Source of the DNA: a virus
Length of the DNA: 64,000 bases
Virus record (IMG/VR): IMGVR_UViG_3300009506_000015
Location: 11,429-75,428 of that record
Strand: one strand, 5' to 3'
The notes beneath the pieces are model-generated. The model made no database searches. It had not been told where the DNA came from and worked only from the letters and a program-made list of their open reading frames with translations. Each line of letters begins with the position of its first letter. The stretch's first letter is position 1. This document shows positions 24,483-33,170 of this stretch, one piece after another. The translations under genes and the position numbers were made by a program.

Positions 24483-24492
24483 GTTTCCTCCT

Positions 24493-24675
24493 TTATTGAC
24501 AGAATTCGCTGCATTGGCAGAACGGCGTGATAAGCGGGCATCCGCCCGGCTTGTTCGTTATCTCCCCGTTGGCGCACGTGGTCAGGTGTCGCAGTTCCCT
24601 GTCGGGCGCACACCCGCACGACGCCACCAAGAACAGCAGGACGACCAGCAGGACGATAAGAATCTTACCAGCCAT
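24493..24675 (-). CDS. small Cys-rich lipoprotein
   Basis: MAGKILIVLLVVLLFLVASC lipobox. Confidence 0.6.
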   Translation of the reverse strand: MAGKILIVLLVVLLFLVASCGCAPDRELRHLTTCANGEITNKPGGCPLITPFCQCSEFCQ

Positions 24676-24961
24676 CACGGTTCCACTCCCACTCGCTGAT
24701 CACTTCCAGCACGTCGGCGTGAAGATGTTTTAGCAGTTCGTAGTCTTTCATGACTATAGAGCCGACGACTGCATGGTGGAACAGGTTTACGGTGCTGGAC
24801 CCCGGGCTTATGCCGTTGTCATACATCCACCGCAGGTAGGCCGCCGCCTTCTCCAAGACTTCGGCGCGGTACTGCACCTGTTCTGCGAACGTCTTCTGCG
24901 CCCGCATGTCCATCACCGCCTGATACTCCTCGTCGTTCAGAGTTATTGTATGTAGCGGCAT
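24665..24961 (-). CDS. hypothetical protein
   Basis: 98 aa within a tightly packed run. Confidence 0.65.
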   Translation of the reverse strand: MPLHTITLNDEEYQAVMDMRAQKTFAEQVQYRAEVLEKAAAYLRWMYDNGISPGSSTVNLFHHAVVGSIVMKDYELLKHLHADVLEVISEWEWNRDGW

Positions 24962-25240
24962 CTAACACCACCTTTCTAGCGCAGCCAGGACATCGTTCTG
25001 GTCCACGCTGTCCACGACGTACAAGTCCTGTAGCGCCGTGGCTTCGCTGTTGAACCTCGTGCGCAAGACGCCCAACTTCCCCTTGCGCCAGTACCGGCAG
25101 AACGCGAACGTCGATGTGACGGACGTCACAAACCCGTACTCCACATCCTTGTGGCCGAGGTGTCCGTTGGCGTGCGTAGGGATGTATGCGACCTGCGTAC
25201 CCCTGCGCAACTGGTCACTCGTCACGGCCATCTGGTTCAC
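24962..25240 (-). CDS. hypothetical protein
   Basis: G.QV.Y.P.HA...H.D.E.GFVTS motif. Confidence 0.65.
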   Translation of the reverse strand: MNQMAVTSDQLRRGTQVAYIPTHANGHLGHKDVEYGFVTSVTSTFAFCRYWRKGKLGVLRTRFNSEATALQDLYVVDSVDQNDVLAALERWC

Positions 25241-25496
25241 CCATGAGCACCATCCTGGCGACTACGCGGTCCCTGATCGCGCAGTCCCCATCAGACGGGC
25301 ATCGTTTACACAGGTCATGCTTGATACACTTCTCGGCCAGAAGCTCGGCCACCAGCATGGGGCCGTATAGCACTTCCAGGGTGTCCAGTATGAGCCGACC
25401 CATGTCCTTGGGGACATGGCCGACATATTCGATCAAATCCTCGATCTTCGCCATCTCCCCTGGCTTTATATCATTCCTATCGACATTCGTCACCAT
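25215..25496 (-). CDS. hypothetical protein
   Basis: SD AAGGAGG before MVTNVD; Cys cluster. Confidence 0.65.
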   Translation of the reverse strand: MVTNVDRNDIKPGEMAKIEDLIEYVGHVPKDMGRLILDTLEVLYGPMLVAELLAEKCIKHDLCKRCPSDGDCAIRDRVVARMVLMGEPDGRDE

Positions 25497-25503
25497 TACC
25501 TCC

Positions 25504-25824
25504 TTAGATTGTGAACTGCCACCATACCTGGCAGCCGTACACCACCGACCCATCGTCCATGACGATCTTAGGGTTTGCAGTTAACACGGTATGCATCGCG
25601 CCTGCCGCTAGTAGCTGGCCGACGCGTTCCGGGCTGGGCAGTTCTTCGGCATCCGTCAGGGACACGATGATCCCGTCCGGCATGTGGAATATGTGAACTT
25701 CCACGTCATCCGCGTAGACGCCCATGCCCAGGTATTTCGTGCCGTCACCCGACCACACTTTCACCCGTGTACCCTGCGTAGCCCTGCGTAACTGTGGTTC
25801 TTCTTTTGGCACGTAGATTCCCAT
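25504..25824 (-). CDS. hypothetical protein
   Basis: Ends NPKIVMDDGSVVYGCQVWW; SD GGGGAGG. Confidence 0.7.
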   Translation of the reverse strand: MGIYVPKEEPQLRRATQGTRVKVWSGDGTKYLGMGVYADDVEVHIFHMPDGIIVSLTDAEELPSPERVGQLLAAGAMHTVLTANPKIVMDDGSVVYGCQVWWQFTI

Positions 25825-26068
25825 TGTCGTCTAATTCCTCCCCTAACATCCTCCCCGTTACTTCGGGTTCTTCGTTGGTCCCGCTTATCAGTATGTCGAA
25901 CAGCGTTGGATTGTAGCTCGGGCGAGGGTACGCATTGACGGCCAGACCGTTCTTGAGCCACTCCACGTGTACGGAAAACATATCGGTGTATATGTACACT
26001 TCTTCGCCCTCGTCCAGCTCGACATCGAGAGCGCCGTCACCGTCCAGCGTGTCCACTTTCATCGACAT
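25745..26068 (-). CDS. acidic hypothetical protein
   Basis: SD GGAGG. Confidence 0.6.
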   Translation of the reverse strand: MSMKVDTLDGDGALDVELDEGEEVYIYTDMFSVHVEWLKNGLAVNAYPRPSYNPTLFDILISGTNEEPEVTGRMLGEELDDNGNLRAKRRTTVTQGYAGYTGESVVG

Positions 26069-26804
26069 CCTCCGCTCGCGGGTCGTCCTGCGTCACCGCC
26101 GCTACGACTCCACGGTCTGCGTACTTTTCAGGCACTTCCGTATCGTTCCTGCCTAGCACGTAGACAATGTCCGTGATCCACGACAGCCCGAACACGCCCT
26201 GGTGAAACTCCGTGCGCGTGTACTCCATAAAGTCATCGAGCGTGTCGTCTCTGTCCATGTCCGATACGAACTTGTAGAACTCTGTGTGCGGGTGCAGCAG
26301 GTAGCTGTCATCACCCACCCTGCCAAGAGATTCCGCGTCGCGCCACGGCCTGGTGTCGATCTCCGCTACGTCAAAGTACCTGTCCACGAACTGCCAGTCG
26401 CCAGTGGGTACGGACACGAACCCCTCCACGTGCATCATCAGCACGGGATACGGTGGCGTCAGGCTTGGCACGCCACTAATTCGTCTGGATACACCTAGAC
26501 GCCGCGTCTCCTCGATTACGTCCCATACATGGTCGTACCCGAACGACTTACCCCACAGATCGGCTACGCCGTACTGTGGCAACCCGGCGAAAGGCCCATT
26601 CCCATCGCCGCGTGCTTCCAGTCGCATTGCACGCAATGTCGCGCCTACGTCTATCATTTGGTAAGATTTAGGATTCGCTATTCGATCCTCAAACGGCGCT
26701 ACGAGCGCCGTGAACGGTAGCAACCCGCCGCCTGGGGCCATACGCCCGATTGCGTACAGCCCCTTGCGCGGCCTACCGCATTTCCGGTTAGGCAACACTA
26801 TCAT
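26037..26804 (-). CDS. hypothetical protein
   Basis: 255 aa, SD GGGAGGTG; R.CG...GLY and E...LGVSRRI motifs. Confidence 0.8.
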   Translation of the reverse strand: MIVLPNRKCGRPRKGLYAIGRMAPGGGLLPFTALVAPFEDRIANPKSYQMIDVGATLRAMRLEARGDGNGPFAGLPQYGVADLWGKSFGYDHVWDVIEETRRLGVSRRISGVPSLTPPYPVLMMHVEGFVSVPTGDWQFVDRYFDVAEIDTRPWRDAESLGRVGDDSYLLHPHTEFYKFVSDMDRDDTLDDFMEYTRTEFHQGVFGLSWITDIVYVLGRNDTEVPEKYADRGVVAAVTQDDPRAEDVDESGHAGR

Positions 26805-27033
26805 GTGGTATCACCTCCCTCCAGTGTGAAACATCTTTGCCCAACTCTTTCGCCCTAGCGACCACCTCGTCCATGCTGAATGGCCCAAAGTACGGCTCGC
26901 TAGTGTCAGGTCCGGTTAGCGCCCACATCGTGAGGCAGATATCACACCTGCACTCGCAACCATGATCTGCACCGGACATAAGGGCTGCATATACGTCGTC
27001 GCTGATTCCTAGCAACTTTGCCAATCCTGACAT
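26788..27033 (-). CDS. small Cys-containing protein
   Basis: SD AAGGAGGTG; HGCECRCDIC. Confidence 0.7.
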   Translation of the reverse strand: MSGLAKLLGISDDVYAALMSGADHGCECRCDICLTMWALTGPDTSEPYFGPFSMDEVVARAKELGKDVSHWREVIPHDSVA

Positions 27034-27051
27034 GATGCACCTCCTTATGTT

Positions 27052-27080
27052 ATTATAACATTATGGCTAAAAACCGTAAA
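27052..27080 (-). promoter_or_regulatory. sigma70-type promoter, phage motif copy 5
   Basis: TTTACG-gtttttaGCCataatgt-TATAAT. Confidence 0.8.
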
Positions 27081-27620
27081 TCAGATGCCACCGTCATCTG
27101 GATCGCTGGTCCACGCCATAAGGACCGCCGCAGCTTCCTGTTCCGCCAGAACGCCAACGCACGTATCGCCCTCTTCCGGTATCACGAACCTGCCATCCTT
27201 TAGGCAGACGACGACTAGGTCTTCCGGTGTGTCGTCGGGCAGTTCTTCGTGCTTGAATGGCTTGAACGCTTCACCTACCGTGGAACCGCTGATCCAGCCA
27301 CCGAACAGCCAGCTCGAGATACGCGGGTACGTCAGTCCAATACCGTGGGCGACTACGAGCAGCCGGTCGTGGTTCGCCTTGATGTGCGCCGTCTTGCGCA
27401 CACATTCCTGGCCACATATAGGACACACACTAATAGGACCGTTATAATAGATGCCAACATAACGCTTGGCAGCGCGAGCGGTCCCCTCGTTGCAGCTAAA
27501 GTCTGCCGCGATTTTGGATAGCGGTTCTCGTTCGAGGTAGTCCCGGTGTCGTTCGTACAAGTGTTGTCCGAGTGATGAGAATCGTTCGCCGCAGAAAGTA
27601 CACGTTCTAAAATGTCCCAT
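27081..27620 (-). CDS. C2H2 zinc-finger/HTH protein, putative regulator
   Basis: CTFC..HLYERH and CPIC..HIKANH, each followed by an HTH-like segment. Confidence 0.65.
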   Translation of the reverse strand: MGHFRTCTFCGERFSSLGQHLYERHRDYLEREPLSKIAADFSCNEGTARAAKRYVGIYYNGPISVCPICGQECVRKTAHIKANHDRLLVVAHGIGLTYPRISSWLFGGWISGSTVGEAFKPFKHEELPDDTPEDLVVVCLKDGRFVIPEEGDTCVGVLAEQEAAAVLMAWTSDPDDGGI

Positions 27621-27720
27621 AGTTCTCTTACATCCCTTTCGTCCGCCATAAGGTGCAGCTTGCGCCAGGACAGCACGGTACTGTGCAGCCACGCCTTATA
27701 TGCTATGATCTCCCCGTCCG

Positions 27721-28098
27721 TTATGGTGTCTTGGTCGATTGCGTCCATACTACCTTGTATTCCTTTTCGTCTATGTAAAACTCGCCGTCTACGGTGATTT
27801 GCACACACTTGGCCCCTGGGGCATGTGGATACCTGGACCTGTCGGCATAACCGATGATCGGTATCTCTGTCGGTCTTTTCAGCTTTATGAGCAGCCGAGC
27901 CTTGCCCCGACGCCCATGAGCTTCATTGTACGGCCAAGACAAAATGCCCGCCTGTTCCATGCGACGCATAGAAGCCCAAACCTCTTTGGAGCTTACATAC
28001 CCTATGCGCATACACACCCACCGAACAGACGGGCATATGTCCGTGTCATTGTCAATGCAGTATTCGATTATCGCTTCCAGAACTTCCCTGTCGGTCAT
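27721..28098 (-). CDS. LexA-N-like winged-helix DNA-binding protein
   Basis: EVLEAIIEY....PSVRWVCMRIGYVSSKEVWASMRRMEQAGIL; no peptidase domain. Confidence 0.65.
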   Translation of the reverse strand: MTDREVLEAIIEYCIDNDTDICPSVRWVCMRIGYVSSKEVWASMRRMEQAGILSWPYNEAHGRRGKARLLIKLKRPTEIPIIGYADRSRYPHAPGAKCVQITVDGEFYIDEKEYKVVWTQSTKTP

Positions 28099-28117
28099 TC
28101 ATGCTTCCTACAGAATT

Positions 28118-28149
28118 AAAAATGGCTCGGCATATTGCTATGCCGAGCC
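28118..28149 (-). terminator. intrinsic terminator after the AAA+ gene
   Basis: GGCTCGGCATA/TATGCCGAGCC stem, then ATTTTT on the minus strand. Confidence 0.75.
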
Positions 28150-28177
28150 GGTGTTACTAGCCAGGTGACAAAAAAAC

Positions 28178-29620
28178 CTAGAGCGGGACTCCGGTGGCCT
28201 CTTGGAACTTTTCCACGGTCACGAACCGACCGTCCACGACCTTGGCGACCGATTTCTCGAACGCCGTGCTCATGGGGTCGTCCACCTCTTCCTTGACGTC
28301 GGCCATCAGCTCGTACTGCGGGCGGAGTTCGGTCAGCGCGTCGATGACGTCCTGAACCGTGATGTCCTTGGCGTCGCGTCCGCCTGAAATGGCGTACATC
28401 GACGCCCTCTGCGTGGCGTTGGCGACGAACGCAGCCGGGTACTTGAGCGCGGCCTGGTGCAGACCGTCCTTCTCGGCTTCCGTCATGTCAGCCACGTTCA
28501 GAACGGACGAGTAGACCCCGACGAGTTCTGCGACGCTGTCCCTGTCCAGATCACCGAGCTTGATGATAGCATCCACGCGACCGGGCCGGAGCATGGCGCG
28601 GTTGATGCGGTTCAGGTGGTTGGTGGTCAAGATGGTCATCACGGCGTCGTTCTTGCCGATGATGCCGTCTGCGGTGTTCAGGATCTCGTTCACGTGCGTG
28701 GTGCGCTCGCTGCCGCTGATCTCGGAGTCGATGTCCTCGAAGAACACGACTGCGGGCTGGAACAGCTTTGCGAACCGCAGCGACGGCGCGATGCTGTCAC
28801 CAGGGCGGACGTAGATAAACGTCCAGCCGTATTCTGTGGACAGTTGTGACGCCCGGAGCGCGGTCAGCGTCTTGCCCGAACCGTAAGGCCCGTACAGGAG
28901 CACCGTGCGTTTGACGTTCACGCCCAGCCCACGCAGCGTGTCGCGGTGGGTGATTGGGCTGAACAGGTTGGCCTCGAGCTGGCGGCGTTCCGCCCGGCTG
29001 TAGACCAGGCGGCTGGTGTCCCCAGTCATGTCAAGGAACTCGAACCCGGAGTTGATCGCCTTGCCTGCGAAGATGCTGTTGTCCCGCAGGTACGCTTTCC
29101 AGGTGTTGTCGATGTCGAGGACGTAGGGTTCGAATTTGCGGCGGTACTTGTACAGCACCCGCACGTACCCTTGCAGCGGCTCTTCACCGTTGTAGCGGTG
29201 ACTGACCTCCATGATGAAATCATCCTCGAGGCCGGGGATCACGATGCGGCCTGACACAACGGGCCGCGACTGGTTGTACCCAGTCGTGATGGTGACCTCG
29301 CCGGGCAGGTCGCTGAAGAAGCCACGGATGACGTTGCCGAACACGTTTCCGAACTTTTCGCGCAGCACGACGTCCAGGGCGTTCAGGCCATCGTCGGGGT
29401 AGCACCTGACGACCGACTCCCGCTCGGTGGCGGATTCCATCTTTTTCAGGTATGACTGCAAGGCATTGATGCCGTCAGCCACGCTTGACATGTGGGCGGG
29501 CAGAATAATCTGGTCCCCCTCAAAGATGACCGCCTGTTGCGCCTGGTACTGCTGCACCAGAGCGCGCTCGAGCGATTCCTTTGCCTTTTGAATAGCAGTT
29601 TTCCTCGCTGGTGTTTCCAT
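28178..29620 (-). CDS. classic-clade AAA+ ATPase (single AAA domain)
   Basis: GPYGSGKT Walker A, VVFFEDID Walker B, TTNHLNRINRAMLRPGRVD second region of homology; SD GGGAGG before METPARK. Confidence 0.92.
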   Translation of the reverse strand: METPARKTAIQKAKESLERALVQQYQAQQAVIFEGDQIILPAHMSSVADGINALQSYLKKMESATERESVVRCYPDDGLNALDVVLREKFGNVFGNVIRGFFSDLPGEVTITTGYNQSRPVVSGRIVIPGLEDDFIMEVSHRYNGEEPLQGYVRVLYKYRRKFEPYVLDIDNTWKAYLRDNSIFAGKAINSGFEFLDMTGDTSRLVYSRAERRQLEANLFSPITHRDTLRGLGVNVKRTVLLYGPYGSGKTLTALRASQLSTEYGWTFIYVRPGDSIAPSLRFAKLFQPAVVFFEDIDSEISGSERTTHVNEILNTADGIIGKNDAVMTILTTNHLNRINRAMLRPGRVDAIIKLGDLDRDSVAELVGVYSSVLNVADMTEAEKDGLHQAALKYPAAFVANATQRASMYAISGGRDAKDITVQDVIDALTELRPQYELMADVKEEVDDPMSTAFEKSVAKVVDGRFVTVEKFQEATGVPL

Positions 29621-29672
29621 ATTTGCCTCCCTTTTTAATGTGCGCGTTAGGGTACATGTACCCCCGCATATT

Positions 29673-29701
29673 ATTATAACATTTCGGGCTAAAAGTGTAA
29701 A
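29673..29701 (-). promoter_or_regulatory. sigma70-type promoter, phage motif copy 6 (AAA+ gene)
   Basis: TTTACA-cttttaGCCcgaaatgt-TATAAT. Confidence 0.8.
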
Positions 29702-29726
29702 TTCCTGGCACCCAAAAAATTTGAGG

Positions 29727-29755
29727 TTGACAAATAGAATGATGGCGGTTATAAT
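29727..29755 (+). promoter_or_regulatory. consensus sigma70 promoter (divergent, packaging operon)
   Basis: TTGACA-17-TATAAT. Confidence 0.85.
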
Positions 29756-29761
29756 GGACGC

Positions 29762-30064
29762 ATGAGGTATGCACACAAGGTGGACGATAATCAGGGAGAC
29801 CTCATTCAAGTAGCCAGGTCTATAGGTGCAGCCGTACAACCGCTATCTATGGTCGGTGGCGGCTGTCCAGACGTCCTAGTAGCGTTCCGTGGGCTGTGGT
29901 ACGTCGCGGAGATTAAGGACGGTAACAAACCGCCGTCGCGCAGAAAGCTGACAAAGCGCGAACGCGAGTGGCATGACGTGTTCGGTGCTGTAGCGCCGGT
30001 ACATATCTGGGAGACGAGGGAAGATGTATTCAGGACGTTGGGTGTTGTAGATGAAATGGGATGA
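29762..30064 (+). CDS. VRR-NUC / PD-(D/E)xK nuclease
   Basis: KVDDNQ...GGCPDVLV....VAEIKDG...LTKRE. Confidence 0.85.
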   Translation: MRYAHKVDDNQGDLIQVARSIGAAVQPLSMVGGGCPDVLVAFRGLWYVAEIKDGNKPPSRRKLTKREREWHDVFGAVAPVHIWETREDVFRTLGVVDEMG

Positions 30065-30836
30065 CTGGCACGACGTCCCTCAGGACGTCGTAGAGAAGAC
30101 GAAGACTCTAAAGACATATCAGAAATTGGCGTATACCTACTGCAACAAGAATGGTATGCGCTACGAAGACATGACAGACGACGACTGGCGTCAGGTATAC
30201 TACGAACGGTCCGTCAGTCGCAACAAATACTACCGCAAGCACGAACTATTGAAAATGGCCGAGGAGTCCGTTGGCGAAGAACTGCCGCCAGCTCCAGACC
30301 ATGCCAGGCTCGTGACCGTCGATCAATACCTATCCTACTATTCCGACCCCGCCCCTAACGACATCGAAGCTATCAAGCAGCTCGTGTCCATGCAGAACCA
30401 ACTGGTGATCATAGATGAACGCATACAGGCGGAACTCGAAGCGGAAGAACTGTCCACTAAGCGGTGGGGCGACCTGGCCAAGATACAGAAAGAACTATCA
30501 GCAGAGACCAGGCTCTTGCAGGACAACCTTGGCATATCGCGGAAGCTGCGCGATTCCCGCAAGGAACAGGAAGAACTGGCAGACTACTTGCAGGAGAACA
30601 TCAAGCAGGCGCGTGAGCTGCTACAGGACTACGGGTTTGAGATCGTCTGCCCTCATTGTCTGGCCAAGGGCACGAAGATACTGGCGGGTAGGGGATATCA
30701 CCACTTTCCAGAAATGGGACTTACTATCAAGACGCGGTGCCACGCTTGCCAGCAGGAATACGAGATCGTGAGGCAGCCGACCGTGTGGCACAGGGAGATC
30801 AAGAAGAATGGCGCTACAAGAACGAATCCCAGTTGA
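30051..30836 (+). CDS. putative terminase small subunit
   Basis: Helical protein directly upstream of terL; C-terminal CPHC..CHAC; positional call. Confidence 0.55.
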   Translation: MKWDDWHDVPQDVVEKTKTLKTYQKLAYTYCNKNGMRYEDMTDDDWRQVYYERSVSRNKYYRKHELLKMAEESVGEELPPAPDHARLVTVDQYLSYYSDPAPNDIEAIKQLVSMQNQLVIIDERIQAELEAEELSTKRWGDLAKIQKELSAETRLLQDNLGISRKLRDSRKEQEELADYLQENIKQARELLQDYGFEIVCPHCLAKGTKILAGRGYHHFPEMGLTIKTRCHACQQEYEIVRQPTVWHREIKKNGATRTNPS

Positions 30837-32481
30837 CGACCTCGCCCTGGGCCTGGTACTGATAGACCCGCTGCTGATTATGCTGCGCTTCTGGGAAGGC
30901 GACATGACCATGCCAGACGGGTCGCAGGAGATCAGCCTTGAACAGCGGTCGTTCCTGTGCGACGAGTCCGACAGGGTACTACTGTGTTCCGGCAGACAGA
31001 TTGGCAAGACGCTATCCCTGGAGCGCGATATCATCCAGATAGGCATCACGCACGAACGCATAGGCACGCTGGACGAAGGTATCTTCTTCACGCCAGGACA
31101 GGCGCAGATGGACCCCGTGCGCGACCGCATATTCTCCAAGATTGTCCGTGAGCCTCTGTTCTACGAAATGATAGAACGCTCGACTCGCGGCACGGCCATG
31201 CTATCCAAGGGCGATGGCTACATCCAGTTCAAGACGGGGTACAAGTGGCAACTGCGTATCGAGGGCACGTCAGGCACAGACACGAACATGGTCGGTCTGC
31301 GCAACAGGTTCATCATCGGTGACGAAATGGCGTTCGGTAATGAACTGTGCCACAGGTCCAGGGTGAACTCGGCGCAGCCGGGCTGCAAGTGGAAGTATTG
31401 CGGCGTGCCAAACGGCGTGCGCGGCACTCCTTTCTGGAAGCTGGACCAGACAGAAGCAGGTTCCGCGTGGTCCAGGCACAAATACCCGCAGTTCGCCAAC
31501 CCGATCTTTGCTTCAGAATCCGAACGCAAGCGGCTGATCACCGACCATGGCGGCGAACACACTCATAGCTACATCACCCAGGTGCTAGGCATGTGGGGCG
31601 ACGAAGTGATGTCGTCTTTCCCGCCTGGGACTATCGCCACGTACAGCAGCGGCCAGTATAGCTACCACCTGCACGAATGGACAAAGTCGATGGGCACGAG
31701 GGCCACATACAGGGCCGAACACCTGGATTCGCTGGTGAAACAGCTCGGGGAAGAAGGCCAGGACAGGTGCGTGATAGGGTGGGACTACGGTATGTCGCCG
31801 GACCCCTGCGCTATATCTCTGTTCTTCGAACACCAGCCCGGAGTGTGGTATCTGCGCGTGATGTACGTTATGTACGGTATCCCGTTCCCGCACCAATGTG
31901 AATTTTTGAACCAGCTCGAGGACAGGTTTAACGTTGCGTTCTTATGTACTGATGAGGCCCTTGGAGTCCAGCAATTATCATACGACGCTCGCTGGACTCC
32001 GTATAGCGAAGAGGAGGTAACAGGCAACATCCAGTGGGCAAACCTAAACGGCAGGATCGAACTGCTTGACGGTCTAGGTATGCCCGTACTGGACGAGCTT
32101 GGAAACACCATTAAAGAACAACGCAAGAAGTGGTCCACCGACGAACTGCGCAATGCGATGATCCACGCTCGCGAGAACCTCACATATCCTTACAAGATAT
32201 GGCTTCCAGAAGAAGACAAGTATCTTCTGGACGAGCTTATGGGCACGACGGAACACAAGACCGCCGGGGGGTACACGCAGTACCTCACCGCCAAGAAGAC
32301 CGAAGGCAGCAAGTCCCCTGACGACCACAGGACTGACGCCTGTAGATACGCCGTGCTAGGCATGTACAGCCTGTTGGGTAGCAAGTACGTCGAGCGGCGT
32401 CGTCCGTTCAGCGAATACCGCTCCCACATGGGCTGGTCCAGGGGCGGTTCCAAGAACTGGAAGGCTCCCTGGGGCAAGTAG
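30808..32481 (+). CDS. terL: terminase large subunit
   Basis: SGRQIGKT Walker A, IIGDE Walker B, IGWDYG and DDHRTDACRY nuclease motifs. Confidence 0.92.
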   Translation: MALQERIPVDDLALGLVLIDPLLIMLRFWEGDMTMPDGSQEISLEQRSFLCDESDRVLLCSGRQIGKTLSLERDIIQIGITHERIGTLDEGIFFTPGQAQMDPVRDRIFSKIVREPLFYEMIERSTRGTAMLSKGDGYIQFKTGYKWQLRIEGTSGTDTNMVGLRNRFIIGDEMAFGNELCHRSRVNSAQPGCKWKYCGVPNGVRGTPFWKLDQTEAGSAWSRHKYPQFANPIFASESERKRLITDHGGEHTHSYITQVLGMWGDEVMSSFPPGTIATYSSGQYSYHLHEWTKSMGTRATYRAEHLDSLVKQLGEEGQDRCVIGWDYGMSPDPCAISLFFEHQPGVWYLRVMYVMYGIPFPHQCEFLNQLEDRFNVAFLCTDEALGVQQLSYDARWTPYSEEEVTGNIQWANLNGRIELLDGLGMPVLDELGNTIKEQRKKWSTDELRNAMIHARENLTYPYKIWLPEEDKYLLDELMGTTEHKTAGGYTQYLTAKKTEGSKSPDDHRTDACRYAVLGMYSLLGSKYVERRRPFSEYRSHMGWSRGGSKNWKAPWGK

Positions 32482-32482
32482 A

Positions 32483-32806
32483 TTACCTAGACAGCTCTAT
32501 GGCCCACCACTGTTTGGCTATCGTCATGGATAGGTATTGGTCGTCCTCTGGCAGCAGCAGAAACATGTCCCTGAGCCGCTCGCAGTATGATTTGTGGTCA
32601 AAGTCCACCCATTCACATAGCCACTGGCACCATTCGGATTCTGCAAAGGTTATCACCTGAGAAACCGAGTTGGCGTCGAATGTCTCTCGCCTGTTAAGGT
32701 AAGATTCCATCACGTATACGTAGTGGTACAAGATGCCGAACGCGAGTTGTCGCCACGGTTCAGTCGGCAACTCGTTTTCTCCGCTCGAATAACCCTGCAT
32801 CTTCAC
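32483..32806 (-). CDS. hypothetical protein
   Basis: 107 aa, downstream of the HNH gene, converges on terL. Confidence 0.6.
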   Translation of the reverse strand: MKMQGYSSGENELPTEPWRQLAFGILYHYVYVMESYLNRRETFDANSVSQVITFAESEWCQWLCEWVDFDHKSYCERLRDMFLLLPEDDQYLSMTIAKQWWAIELSR

Positions 32807-33044
32807 GACTCATTAAACCCCGTGATATCTGTATCTCTATTACGTCATACTTTGGTATCTGACCGTTATGTACCTTGGAATGACAGTTGCTACATAACGA
32901 TATGATCGCTTTCGGGTCGTCATTCATGCGCCCGAACATGTGGTGCGGGTCCGTAGCGTCTTTTGTGACGCCGCACGCGTGTAGATGGTACTGACATACG
33001 AACCGATCTCTTTGTAGTGCTACCCAGCTCGCGTCGGTCCTCAT
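32760..33044 (-). CDS. HNH endonuclease
   Basis: LQRDRFVCQ...C....DPHH....DD...ISLCSNCHSKVH; SD GGAGG. Confidence 0.85.
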   Translation of the reverse strand: MRTDASWVALQRDRFVCQYHLHACGVTKDATDPHHMFGRMNDDPKAIISLCSNCHSKVHNGQIPKYDVIEIQISRGLMSREDAGLFERRKRVAD

Positions 33045-33063
33045 ATCTGCCTCCGTGTATACC

Positions 33064-33092
33064 ATTATAACATTTTTGGCAAGAACTGTAAA
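33064..33092 (-). promoter_or_regulatory. sigma70-type promoter, phage motif copy 7
   Basis: TTTACA-gttcttGCCaaaaatgt-TATAAT. Confidence 0.8.
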
Positions 33093-33103
33093 TCCATAAA
33101 CCG

Positions 33104-33132
33104 TTGACAAGTTGGCTGGCGTGTGGTATACT
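33104..33132 (+). promoter_or_regulatory. sigma70 promoter for the portal/glycosylation operon
   Basis: TTGACA-17-TATACT with TG extension. Confidence 0.8.
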
Positions 33133-33170
33133 TGCAGTACAGTATTATCACACACATGTACAGGAGTAAT

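Noticed and set aside
27353-27748. Dual-coding overlap with the zinc-finger gene
   Set aside because: Only the first ~45 codons fill a gap; the rest may be incidental, so it is not listed as a firm feature.
1-29600. Many plus-strand ORFs of 60-260 aa in the left arm, and minus-strand ORFs in the right arm
   Set aside because: They are antisense shadows of SD-led, tightly packed genes on the other strand, with no recognisable motifs.
28178-29839. 553-aa version of the AAA+ ORF, and 783-aa portal from 33123
   Set aside because: Both extensions run through promoter sequences; SD-supported starts are 29620 and 33171.
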